DNA of 64,000 nucleotides from Podarcis liolepis. Its lineage: Eukaryota. The notes beneath the pieces were generated by a model. That model had not been told where the DNA came from. It saw nothing but the letters and a program-made list of their open reading frames with translations, and did no database searches. Position 1 is the stretch's first letter, and each line of letters opens with the position of its first letter. The DNA is taken from assembly GCA_965112155.1 (NCBI GenBank), contig OZ218100.1. One strand, 5' to 3'. Below are positions 1 through 12,375 of this stretch, in pieces. The translations under genes were made by a program, and so were the position numbers.

Positions 1-60
1 CCAGTGGCAGTTTCCCCAGCCCTTTCATTTTCTCTGGTCTACATCTTCTGCCAGGAACTT

Positions 61-96
61 TCTGTTTCCATATAACACTCTGTTTCCATATAACAC
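61..96. repeat. 18-bp perfect tandem duplication
   Basis: (tctgtttccatataacac)x2. Confidence 0.9.
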
Positions 97-619
97 TTTT
101 GGCCTTCAAAATAAATGCCAGCTTACCCCAGGCATTGCCCTTTCTTAAAAAAAAAAAAAAAATCTGTGGGGGTGGGAAAAGATAACCCTGTGATCAGGGC
201 TATTTTGGGAATGGTAGGTAAGTAGAAATAGTCTAACATAACTCTTGTTGCCACCTTGAGAACCTCTAGGGCAGAAAACGCATTCTTCAAAGGCTCTGGA
301 TGCACATTTGTAGGTCATTTCATGTTACATCTGCATGATGTTTGGGGCAGGACTTGGGTTTGCTGATTTTGCTCTCTGCAGTTCATTCAAGTGACATAGG
401 AACTATGCTGACATTTGCACTTACATAGCTATGAACTTACGCATCCCAGTCTGCAGTAGAGACAAAAGGAATTATGGGGCCAGAATTTCTGGTGCAATCC
501 ATTCAGGCACTTGCTCTGGAGAGAGGTAGGCTGAGCAGTTGGGTGCAGGATAGAAGAAAGTCCCACCCACCTCTTTCTCTCTCCATGAATAGGGAAGATG
601 AAAAGCTGAGTTGGTAATT

Positions 620-668
620 CAGAGGGTTGGATTAGAGCCTCGTGGTTCCTTCTATGATTCTATTCTAT
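620..668 (+). mobile_element. Degenerate CR1 LINE 3' tail fragment
   Basis: gggttggattag...ttctatgattctattctat, a CR1-type 8-nt terminal repeat. Confidence 0.5.
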
Positions 669-1278
669 ATACATATAGCTTTATCACATTGGTGTAGAAA
701 AACTGACCATGCTTATCAAGTGCTGAGGTTAAGATTCTGATTTTTGGGGAGTGGGTAGAGACAGAGTTAGTGACTCTTTCATTAGCTTGCACCATTTAAT
801 GGTCCATCATAATCTGGGTTTGTAGAGAAGCTGTCTCCAGAAGCTGCTGTGGGGCATGAGCACAACTAAGGGAAACTCACAGATGCAATCCTGGTGGAGA
901 GAACAGCTAGTCTTTTTGCTGATCTACATGCTGACATGAAAAAGCCCACAGGCCTCTGACTTTTATAGAACAAGTCCAGCACATGTGGAAAGATTGTGAT
1001 GTAACTCTCTCTGCCTACAAAGAGGAGCAACTTTCCTCCAGAACCAGCATTGTGAAGAGTTTGAGAGTGTCACAAATGGTTGTGATGAAAGCTTGTGTAT
1101 ATTTTATTTTTGAAAATAGTATAGTACAAAAGAAAAAAAATAGCTTGGCTCGACTAGATTTCTGACTAATACAGTTAAGCCATTGCTTTAATGATAGGAT
1201 GCATTTTTATTTGTGTGTGTGTGATCTTTATTTTCCTTTCAAAGGACAAACCAGTTGTTTAGTTTTTCTTTTAAGACC

Positions 1279-1432
1279 TAGTTACAGGTAGGTAGCCGTG
1301 TTGGTCTGCCGTGGTCAAAACAAAATAAAAAAAATCCTTCCAGTAGCACCTTAGAGACCAACTAAGTTTGTTATTAGTATGAGCTTTTGTGTGCATGCAC
1401 ACTTCTTCAGATACATGCACACAAAAGCTCAT
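1279..1432 (-). mobile_element. Penelope-like retroelement terminal remnant with hammerhead-like motif and inverted arm
   Basis: Minus strand reads tatCTGAAGAagtgtgcatgcacacAAAAgcTCata; an inverted partial copy follows; 14-bp direct repeats at 1265-1278 and 1680-1693. Confidence 0.7.
1378..1413 (-). ncRNA. Minimal type-I hammerhead ribozyme motif, catalytic core mutated (GAAA to AAAA)
   Basis: CUGANGA box, palindromic stem II GTGTGCATGCACAC, AGCU mini-stem III, UC cleavage site, tat/ata stem I. Confidence 0.6.
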
Positions 1433-1434
1433 TG

Positions 1435-1677
1435 CAGTGGTACCTCGGGTTACATACGCTTCAGGTTACATACGCTTCAGGTTACAGATTCCGCTAACCC
1501 AGAAATAGTGCTTCAGGTTAAGAACTTTGCTTCAGGATGAGAACAGGAATTGTGCTCTGGTGGCATGGCAGCAGCAGGAGGCCCCCATTAGCTAAAGTGG
1601 TGCTTCAGGTTAAGAACAGTTTCAGGTTAAGAACAGACCTCCGGAACAAATTAAGTACTTAACCCGAGGTACCACTG
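1435..1677 (+). mobile_element. Tc1/mariner(pogo/Tigger)-type MITE, family A, copy 1
   Basis: TIR cagtggtacctcgggtta...taacccgaggtaccactg; internal (ttcaggtta) repeats; TA at the right end, TG at the left; four more copies in the window. Confidence 0.85.
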
Positions 1678-1877
1678 TATTTCTTTTAAGACCATTATCA
1701 TATTTAAAATCACTTGACAGATTCTAATCTTTCCCCCTTATCATAACATTAATAAAGGCAAATTACTACAAAATGTTGAGACCCCATTGCTGGTTATTGT
1801 ATGCTGTGTGGTTTATTTTGCACATTAGCAAAGCCTTCTAATTGTGAAGGAAATGATCCTTTCCATCCTAGCTACTG

Positions 1878-2070
1878 GGAAAGGCTCTACTCAGTGGTAG
1901 AGCACATGCTTGGCATGCCGCTGCTCTCAGATACAATCCTTGGAATCTTCAGGTTGGGCTGGGAAACCCTCCTGTCTGAAACCCTGGAAGGCCACTGCCA
2001 ATCAATGCAAACAGTACTAAGCTAGATGGACCAATGTTCTGGCTCAGTATAATGCACTTCCCCATGTTCT
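1878..2070 (+). mobile_element. tRNA-derived SINE (squamate Squam3-like)
   Basis: A-box-like ctcagtggtagagca head; body ...gagctagatggaccaatg...ctcagtataa-like, ending cccatgttc. Confidence 0.6.
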
Positions 2071-3693
2071 TCACGTGCAGGAGGAGAACATGTGGGGTGG
2101 AGGGATGTGACAGGAAACTTGATTGACCCCAAGGTATGTGCTGTAATGTTAAAGATGGCTGAAAAGACCAGAGAAGGTAAATGCTGGCTCAAGAAGTGTA
2201 GGCAGATTTTCTCCATGTCTGGTGGAAATGCCAGAAGGCGAAAAGCTTCTGGTCAGTGGCTATAAATATGATCAAAGAAATCTTCCAGGTTAGTCTAATT
2301 ACTTTCCTCTCATTATGCCTTTTAAATTAATCGCAATGTGTGGTAGCTCTTGAGAAATTTCAAACCCAGGTGTTGAATGTACTCACCCTAGCAAGAATAT
2401 TATATGCTAAGACTTGGAAGAAAGAACAAGCATCAATCAAACAGGAATTAATTTGGAAATGATGGGAGCAGTTAGGACTGATAAAATTAACATCAGTGTT
2501 ATGCTCTACCTCCAGTGAGTCTTTAAATAAATTGAACTTAGTCATGCGATATATTAAGCAAGAATTGGAAATAAGGGTGATAGAAATTGATTATTTCTGA
2601 TTATAAGGAGTGTTTTTGTAAATAAAAAGGTTTTTCTACTATTAAATATTTTTTATAGTAGCCTACATACATAAGTGATTTTAAATTCATAAATCTTCTG
2701 ATGATATTAGTAATATATTTAAGGTATATGTAGTGTGTGAATGAGAGGAAGAGAGCTTATAAGCAAGTGTGATTTGACTCAAAATGTTTTTGGATGATAC
2801 CTATGGAAACATATTGCCTCCAACTGTGGAGCCAGAGTATAGTCATTGTGGCTGGTAGCCACTGATAATCTCATCCTCCATTAATTTGTCTTAATTCTCT
2901 TTTAAAGCCATCCAGGTTGGTGGCCATTAGTGCCTCTTGTGGGATCATTCAACATCTGAGTACAAAAACAAAATATGCAATGCAGAGGACTGAGTGAAGA
3001 CCACTTTCCAAATATTCCGTGGTGGTTTATGAGGCTCTGTAGAATATTTGTTATGGAATAACTGATGGGCTGAATTAAAAGTGCACAGGAATGGAATGAT
3101 GTGCGGCTGGCTTGCATGTAATGCTGAGCCATAGTTTAACACAAGGTTCACTATAATGAGCTGAATGAAGCCTTGGGCTTGATGCCCCCCTTCCTTGTTT
3201 TGTCTGGCCAGCAGAAGGACGTGGTTAGTATTTACTTTCAATTTCAAAGAACCAAGGTTTAGCGCTATGTGTGTATAAACCCAAGGCTGGTTGAAAACAA
3301 AGGGGTCAGGGTTCTTGCTTTTCTGTGTTTTTTTTAAAAGCAACTTTTAAACTATGGATTGTGAAGCTGGATCAGATTCTGGTCCATGAAAATTTAAGCC
3401 GTAATCAATTTGTTAGCTAGTAGCAGTGGCAGCAGCAGTATTTGTCAATGTATCTGCCACCTAATCACAATAATCTCTAAGCAGTATCTCTTCCTGTCAA
3501 CATTCTAGCTGCAGTGCTTTGCCCCAGCCTCCGAACCAGGCCTAAGGGTAGTCCCACAAGACTCTTTGTTGCAAAAGAATTACATCAAAATTGTAAATTT
3601 GGGCTTCCAGCTCTAAACTTCGACTTCCATATTGAAAGTGGCAACAATTCTATAGGCTTTTAAATGGTTCAAGTATTTCTGTTTATTAAGATA

Positions 3694-3832
3694 CCGTATA
3701 TACTCAAGTATACGCCGACCTGAATATAAGCCGAAGCACCTAATTTTAGCACAAGAAAACTGGGAAAACTATTGACGTGTATAAGCCGGTTCACCACTTA
3801 TATTATATAAGTGTATATTCGAGTATATACGG
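3694..3832. mobile_element. Tc2/pogo-like MITE
   Basis: TIR ccgtatatactcaagtatac / gtatattcgagtatatacgg, flanked by TA on both sides. Confidence 0.75.
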
Positions 3833-4095
3833 TAGTAATTCTTTCTCTCAGACAATCTCTCAGAAACTTGCTTCTTCTTCCCTGCTGCATCTTTCCAGCT
3901 TCGTCTGAGTTACTGAACGCCTGAAAGGGAGCAGCCAGTTGCCTGGGGGAAGGCTTTTTTTTTTTTAAACATGACAGGAGGGAGGAAAATAGTACTGGGA
4001 GGATAATGAGAGGAAAGGTATGGTCTCACTTGTCTAAATATAATTCATTCTTTCAGCAGGTTTTTTCCTCTGTCACTTTCCAGATGCTCAGGAGG

Positions 4096-4249
4096 CAAGC
4101 CATTGTTCTGAGGCAGGAAATATGTACATATCTCGCTCCAAAGAATCCACTTCAGGATTCTACTGAAATATACAAGCCATTGTTCTGAGGCAGGAAATAT
4201 GTACATATCTCGCTCCAAAGAATCCACTTCAGGATTCTACTGAAATATA
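4096..4249. repeat. Perfect 77-bp tandem duplication
   Basis: 4096-4172 is identical to 4173-4249; CA microhomology at the junction. Confidence 0.95.
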
Positions 4250-6066
4250 CAGGTTTCATACTTTTATAACTCGCCTTTTTCTTTTTTCTGCTACAAGAGG
4301 AAAGTAAACACATGATGAACTGACATACACGTTCCATCTTTGCAAAGCAGTAAGCTGATTTGCTCTTCATAACTGTGAAAAAAGAAATGTCTTCCACTTT
4401 TCTACTCTGCAGTTGGAATAGGTTTTTCCCCCTGCTTCCAAGAGGGAAAGCTGCAAAAGATGACAGGTTATGAGCACAAAGCTAAATCCTACAAGAGAAG
4501 CTGCCTAAACCACATGACCATGTCTCTAATTTCATTTTTTTCCCATTTTGCCTTCATGACAACCCTGTGAGGTAGACAGTGCCTTACTTCTCACTTTCAT
4601 CACTTACTCAAAGCCATCCAGTAACCTTTGTTTGGACTGGGTTCCCCGTAGACAATCCTGACATGTTACCCACTTAACAACCCTGACAATGGGGTATGTG
4701 AGGATTATATTTGATGAAGCCATCCAATTAAGACAGCACATCCTCTCCCTTTCCTCTTCCTGCTCCCACAGCCCCCAATCTGGTCTAGATGTTGAAGGAA
4801 AACCCAGAACTGAACAGAACTCAATGCTTGTAGAATTTACAACAGGATAGCAGCTATCTTTTGTGATCACATTCTGCCACAAGTCAGCCACAATTATCCA
4901 GTTCTTCTTTGTTGTTGGCTTGGCAAAGTTGATACCAGGCTTTTCCATGAAGATTTGTGCCCAAAACGGCTCAAACAAACAACCAATAAAATATGGAAAA
5001 TATGCAAAATCAGAATTTTTCTAAATAGTAATGCCAAAACCCTTAAACAATAAATATGAAGTCAAAAAAGCGCAGCCAGGATAGGACAGAAATAAAATCA
5101 AGGCATCTAAAAGACCTGGGTAAATAAAAAAAGGTTTCACAGAAGAAGTCACACAACCTGAACACATTTGATTAGTTATTAGGTTGAAATTAGTCCCACT
5201 GACCAACTGAAATAGAATTGTTTCTGTAATATTCAACATTATAACCTCTGATCAAAAATAGGTCACTAAAGCTTCATTTCTGTTCAACTTCCACAGTAGA
5301 TCACTCCTTGCACTGAATAAAGAAATCTCATTTTTTCCAGAGAGGGAGGAGAAAGGGAAAAAGCAAACAATCCAAGAAATATTTCTAATCGAATAGCTCT
5401 TAAAACATGTTTTAATTGCAGCATTTAGCTTTAAAACTCCTTATCTCCCATGTTGCGATAATATGTGCATAATTTATTATCTGCTCTTTAGAGGAAGAAA
5501 CCAAAGATGACAGTAATTGGCAGAATAATTCATCTTCCCAAAGTAAAACTATAAACATAAGAGGAAGTGTCTGAAATATGAGTTCAACTGGAGGCCATTG
5601 TCCAGTGTGGCCTTCGGGGTTTGCAAGCAACTGCACTGCTGCCACTCTGAGTGGAACTTGTCAGTGACAGTTTTTGTTCCTTTGCTTCCAGTGGTTTAAG
5701 GTCATTAAAGGATATCCCCCCACCATTCCTCTACCATATCAATGCTGTTTCCTGAAGGATAATATATTCTGTGTTGTCTTTTCATGCATGCGATTTGCTT
5801 TTGTGCAGAAGCTGATAAATGATTCCCAGTCAATGAAGTCCAGGAGAATTGACAAGCCTTGATTGAGCATTCAAACTTGTTTAGCCAATAGGAAAAGGTG
5901 AAGAAGTAAGGCATGCAAATGTTTGTGACAGTTTAGAATGACTTGGCATTTAAATGATGCTCTCGTATGCCCTCTGCATTTGCAGCATAAGAGACTGACT
6001 TTGCTAGAAATAAAATGGCTATGAGGGCTATGCTCTGTCTCCATGATCAGAGGCAGTAATGCTTTT

Positions 6067-6172
6067 AAATACTAATACTACTAATAATGCTGCTGCTGCT
6101 GCTGCTGCTGCTACTACTACTACTACTACTACTAATAATAATAATAATAATAGTACCCCACGCATCTGGCTG
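6067..6172. repeat. Compound trinucleotide microsatellite (TGC)n(TAC)n(TAA)n abutting an L2-type 3' end motif
   Basis: Direct inspection; followed by taccccacgcatctggctg. Confidence 0.9.
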
Positions 6173-6622
6173 TGATACTGATATGGACAGATGATATGGA
6201 TGAAAATCACAACAAGTCGTATCAATAAAATTCAAGGAAGACAAGTGTGACAGATAAAAACCAGTCCTCAACACAGACCCTTTACCTAAGATGGTGCAGC
6301 AAAAGCCTGCCAGTAAAACAAAGGTCTTCACTGGCCAATGGAAAATGGCAGGAGGGAAATTAGGAAGATATTTTCCATCCATTCCTACTGGCTCACATTC
6401 TCAGGCTCCTTCCCCACTGCCCTTTCCTTTCAGGATTATTTTGGAACATACGGTTTTGCTCATTTCATTGAGCCATTTGCAAGTCACCTTTTCCCATCAC
6501 ATGTCATGATTAGATTCTGTAAGACAGTCTGAAGGCAGTTTGTTCTTCACCATTGGGAGCGCATACCTGCAGCATTTCCTCCATGATGTCTTTAGATGCT
6601 GCCTCTGAAAACAGAACATATA

Positions 6623-6851
6623 CAGTGGTACCTCGGATTACATATGCTTCAGGTTACAGACTCCGCTAACCCAGAAATAGTACCTTGGGTTAAGAACTTT
6701 GCCTCAGGATGAGAACAGAAATCGTGCTCCGGCAGTGTGGCAGCAGCAGCAGGAGGCCCCATTAGCTAAAGTGGTGCTTCAGGTTAAGAACAGTTTCAGG
6801 TTAAGAACGGACCTCCGGAACGAATTAAGTACTTAACCTGAGGTACCACTG
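6623..6851 (+). mobile_element. MITE family A, copy 2
   Basis: TA|cagtggtacctc...gaggtaccactg|TA. Confidence 0.9.
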
Positions 6852-6936
6852 TAAAATGAAAGTGAGAAGCAAGTCCAAATAATTTATTTGGAAGCTTATT
6901 TTTTGAGTAAGCTTGACGGGGAAAGTTTATAAAGTT

Positions 6937-6940
<4 letters not shown>

Positions 6941-6971
<31 letters not shown>
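6941..6971. repeat. (TG)n microsatellite
   Basis: Direct inspection. Confidence 0.95.
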
Positions 6972-6976
<5 letters not shown>

Positions 6977-9900
6977 CTGATCCCTTTTGGTTTTGTTGTT
7001 TGGAAGGCTGATTCTCCTGACACTGAAGTGTAGCAGAACCACAGTTGCAGAATGAAGTAGAAGATTGGGATGGCGGAATTATGGATTGCAGAGATTGTGC
7101 ATGAGAGTGAGGTTGTCATATTTTTAAACATTGCCATTTGAACTTCTTCCATGTAGTTAAACCAGAAGATTAAGGAGAAGAATTCAGAGAAGTCATCTTT
7201 CTGTCACGCACACAGAGGGATTTACACATGGGGGCATTTAAAGATACCAGCCTCCCACCTGAAATCTGAAGCGATTTTAAGTCCACAATTCTACAGTGAC
7301 ATTCTGTGTATTGTGTAGAACAGTAGAACAGCTTTATAGAGATTTATTTTAAAACTGAATTGACATTTGCTTGGCTGGAGTCAGATTGGTCACATGCAGA
7401 GGCTCATCGCACAAGCAGGTTTGTTCTGGGATTTCTGAGCAAAGCAGCTCACAAAAGTTCTGGTGCTTGGGGGGGGTTAAGGGTATGCATTTGGCTGGCT
7501 GCTTTGTGATGGCTCATAACAGGTGATATAGAAAAGGTCAGCCCAGTTTGAAACAAGCCAGGTGAATCAGCCCTGAGCTGTTCATCAGGACCACATGATG
7601 AGCTCAGTGTAGACTTTTTTCCACACTGTTTAGAAGAAGCTTGCCAGTGAACTGGGCTCATGGCCAACTGATCAGACAGCCAGTCCACCACACAAAACTA
7701 TTGACCCTGCTTTAAATACTACACAATAGATACATAGATGTAGATATAGAGATGATGTTTATATTTTAATGTTTTCAACGCTTGTTTTATTGTGTATTTA
7801 ACTTCAGGAGTTTAATGTTTTAATGTTGATGTCATTGGTTTATATGCATATAAACCACTTAGAAGCTTATTTTAGCATCAATAAATAAATAATCCGTGTA
7901 TAAGATGGGCCATGTAAATTAGTCCATATAGTCAAAGATGGAGAATTATTAAGAACATTTAAACTGGAATCTGCTTCAGAAAGTGTCTGCAACTAATACA
8001 AATATCTAAAGAAAGAGTAGCTATTATGAGAAGGATGAAATAAACAAGCAATCTCGGCAAAGACCTCCCAGACTTGAATTAAGAGAAGAGAAAGAGGCTG
8101 CAGTAGGCAATGACATTGGACATGTGTCATTGTACATCTCAATTAAATCTCTCTTTAGAATTTGGGAGAGGGGGAGTCAATAATCCCATCCATTGGACCG
8201 TTCAGTTGGAACTGAGTAGAGCAGATGATGGCAAGTGAACAGAATTTATGTCTGTATGAAGAGTGTTTTGTAGAAAATCTATGTTGATTTTTGGATTCTG
8301 CTCAATTCTCCACCGCTATGGGACAGTACTTTATGCTAATTTTGTGGGGGCGTTCTGAAAAACACCCATTTTAGCCATCTGTTGTCCTGTAGTTATTTGG
8401 CCAGACACAGATTGATGTTGACTCAGCCTAAGCACATGTCTTTTTCAGTAATACATCTACCACTTCCACCCCTTCACCACAAAAGTGATAATGAAATAAT
8501 AATAATAATAATGCTATTATTGAATTACTCCACTTTCCTTCTGGGCTGGGGCTTACCCTCCTCTCAGTTTTGTGGTCCTGCAGTGATGCTTAATGATGGA
8601 TGGGTGATCCAGTAATCAGTAATGGCTTTGCTGGTGTGCTGTATGCTGAGGAATCTGCTTTGTTGAAAGGGCTTGTAAGAGGCTCTTACAACTTTAGAGA
8701 AAAAGTGGCTGATGTAGAAGTTAAATGGCTTCAGCCTGTACGTTGCATGTGGAATATCTTGTATGAACTGGAGCCTACATGGGCGCTTTCGTGAGAAAGT
8801 ACACTCTGCCCATGCAATATGCTGATACCTGCTTGTTTTATTTTTTAAAGCAGTGGATTAACTACAAGCTTGCACGCAAATTTATGCACACAGGCCCTCC
8901 GTTACATAAAGTGTTGTGCCCAAAGTGAGGGGAGGGAGGCTCCACTGCTGGGCTCCACTGCACATGGAACATGCGCACTAGATCTATGTGTGAATCAGAC
9001 TTGCCCTTCTTTGATACTGTCCAGCCTTTAGACACTACAGATAGATCATTCTACTAGATTTCCTCTGCCGTCATGCTGCTTGATTCCATCAGAGTTGGAA
9101 TTTCGTTGCAAAGCACCGGGGGCACCATGAATATGGTGTAGAATGGACGGTGGGAGGCTGGGGAAGGGGCGCACTGAATTTTGGCAACAGACAGGGCATC
9201 CTTCAGATCCTGAGGTCTACCACTGATTTCATACTTCATTACCAAGAAAGGACGCAGGCAAAAGGCATCAGGTATCTGTAACAATCCAGTTTAGAACCGG
9301 CAAGACTTGGCATTTTAGAGTCTAGATTCTGACGCTTTTCAGCAGGTGGCAATTACATGCTTCCTGAAAAATAAGCAAATATCACAAGAATCGGCCTTTA
9401 TGGAGCAGCTATGTCATGACATCCTTGGGTTGAATGTATTGGCTTCTTTTGGTATCAGATAAGGATTGTAACATGAGTTGAGTGAGTATCTTATAATCTC
9501 TGCATTATTTCCTCCCTGCAGTTTTCTTTATTGTATCTGTCAAATGTCCCATTACTTTCTCTTTTATCAGGTATTAAAAGGCTCTATTTTTCAAAATGCC
9601 CAGCCACCCACAACCATAGTTAGCAAGTAGGAATTGTGCAGGCATTGAGTTTTATTTGAGAGAGAGAGAAATCAAGTTCATGCTGTGCTTTTCTAGGTAG
9701 TAAACAAGATGTTTTCTTCACCTCCTCCTTGATACTGTTGTGGATGTCATGGGTATGTGCTGTCATGGTGTGGCTTCATTTCACCCCAGGGATCGAGGAG
9801 GCAGTTACTTTGGGGTGATGGCAGTATTTGCCTGCCTGTAGGAAACAGTGAAAGGCATGGTGTGGAGTTGGGGGGTGGGGAGAGAGAAGAGCTGTTGTAC

Positions 9901-12375
9901 ATGGAAATGCATAATTTGAGCTTATTATGCATATGTGGGATGGAGTTTTTCTGGCAGCTTTTCCGCCCAACTGCAGAACAGTTCATAGCAACAATATTGC
10001 AATCGTTTCCTTGCTTCTCCTGTAAACAGAGGCAGCATATGAGACAGTGCACCTCTCTCTTCCTGACAAAATTGTGTAACATTGCTAGCTATATGGTGGG
10101 ATGCCCTTGTTAGCTAGCAGGCAGAATTCACTTAAAGCTGCAGAGTGAAACTGACACTGCATCAGGACATGCCTCCTCAGTCATCCCTGTGTTACAACAA
10201 AGATCCTGGTGCATAAAACAAGGTGAAACGTTCACCCAACAATCTAAATCCATAACAATCCGAATAGCTGTCATGATACTTTGTTGGGAGCATTGTCATG
10301 CTTTCTGGAAACGATGTGTTGATTCATGAGTGCATTATAAATACTCAGCAGATACTATCTTAAGCCTTCAGCACATATGAATTTAAAACAACATAACATA
10401 ATTTAAGAGTCTTATAGCATCTTAAAGACAGGGCAGATTATGTTCCTCACCATTATTGTATGGTTGGGTTCTCCTATATTAGTCACTAGTTTATGAAGTG
10501 GCTGACTATAACCAGGTCAACTGGTAGACATTTTTGGCTGTCCCCTTCTCTAGCACTTCTTCACACACTACTAAAGATTTAGAGCAACCCAACAAAGTTG
10601 ATTGGGGGTAGTTTCAGGGCCAACAAAAATAAATTCTTCCTATACTCCATAATTGACTTTTGAAATGTGCTTCTGGTATGTATGGTAACTGACACTAGTG
10701 TGGCTATTTTTATATAATAAAATATTAATCGATTGCATAGATCTGTCAGTGGTTATTAGCTACGATAAGCCAAACAGATTCCTCTGCAGCTAGAAGCAGG
10801 GTCCATCTGATGGCTGGTAGCTACAGTGCAGTAGGCCCATGGCTGATACTAGACATCACAAGAGTTGTACGGCTGCTACTTTCATTTTCCTTCTCCTTTC
10901 ACCTGGTAATCCCAAACTAGTGACATCATGTCATTGCACTGAAAGTTTCCCTGCCCCTATGGGTACCCACTAGTGAAGTGGAGCAGAGGAACGTGAAAGT
11001 GGAATGACACCATTTTGGACTGCTAGACTTTCTGAGGGAGAAGAAGAGGTGCCGTGTTGTTGGGCCCTGTTCAAGCTTTTACATCAAACAGCTTTGATCT
11101 CTGGAAAGGCCCATGACTCCAAGCACATTAATCCTTTCAAGAAACTGCCATCTCTCTAGATCTCCACAAACTTGTTGCACAAGAACCTTCCACTCCCACC
11201 AAAGTCTGCAGTCTGTCAGAGAGAGGTTTCATGTGTGTGTTGTTCAGCCAGGTCAATGAGTGTGTGCAGATCTCAGAGAGCACATCTGTGTTTTGCAACC
11301 TAGAGAAAGCTGACAACCCTTTAGGAACTCGATTTGTTTCCATTTGAATACATTGGAGAGAGCTGGACTTAAAAGTCCTTGGTTTCAGTAAAGTGTGCCC
11401 ATGAAGATTCTCCGTTGCTTTTATGGCAGCAGTGAAACACATCCTGCTGTTCTTAAAGAGAAGCCTCATCGGCTGAACATTTCAAATTTTTGTAGCCTTA
11501 ATTTATAATTTAAGCACAGCAATATATTTTTGCTATATCAGATAATGAAATTTCAAGTGAGCTGCATGTTGGAACCTTGTATAGGCTCTTGGGAAAAAGT
11601 TCTGTTTTCTGGAATCTTCTTAGGTGGTACTGGTAAGATGGAACGAACCATTCCAGAAGCTTGCAACTTGTGATGCAGACGGTGGAATATTCGTTTGGAT
11701 TCAGTATGAAGGCAGATGGTCTGTGGAACTTGTGAATGACCGTGGGGCACAGGTTAGTATCCCCTCTCTCCTTTTTTCCTTTTAAAGAAAGACCACTAAA
11801 GTTCTCACTCCGTGTGGAAAGACTAAATTGTGGAAAGAGCAATTGTTAGAGCAGCATTTTAATTGAACTCCAAAATCCATAGTTGGGCAATACTTTTATC
11901 AGGACCGACAAAAACGTCACAAGATAGAGAGCACATTTTTGAATTATTCAGAACTCTTCTACAGACTAGATGTTACACAAGGTAGGGGTTGTGGTAGGGT
12001 GCTCCCCTTCTCCTATGTACAACATGAACCCAGTTGCACCAGGAGAACTGTTTATAGCTGGATACCACCCTTGTCTGGATTGTACTTCATTTTATTTTTA
12101 AAAAACTTTTTTTTAGCATGGTTTGAAAATCTGAAATGCAAGATGGTGGCAGCAGCAGATGCTCTGGCATTAATGTTCCCTGCTTATTGGCCAAACTTCT
12201 GTTAACTTCTCTTAAAAGAAAAAAAGTGGGGGCACATGAGCCACTTAACTGGAACCTGCTAAACATATTGGTACCAATTGATTCTAGTCTCATTTGCTTC
12301 TATAGGGTGCTGTTTCTTTTACATATGGGCTGCATTGTCGGAATAATGTTCTAGCCTCTTCTTGTCTGTTTTAAG

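Noticed and set aside
1435-1677. Regularly spaced ttcaggtta repeats resembling a CRISPR-like array
   Set aside because: They are short internal motifs of a TIR-bounded MITE found five times in a vertebrate intron. There are no unique fixed-length spacers and no cas genes.
6028-6382. ORFs with poly-L/V/A or poly-I/S tracts (also 26853-27097)
   Set aside because: They are translations of trinucleotide microsatellites.
1-12375. Possible TULP4 exons 1-2 or another gene in the first 12 kb
   Set aside because: No ORF or spliced segment resembling the TULP4 N-terminus was found. The short ORFs have no recognisable homology, so the region is treated as intron.
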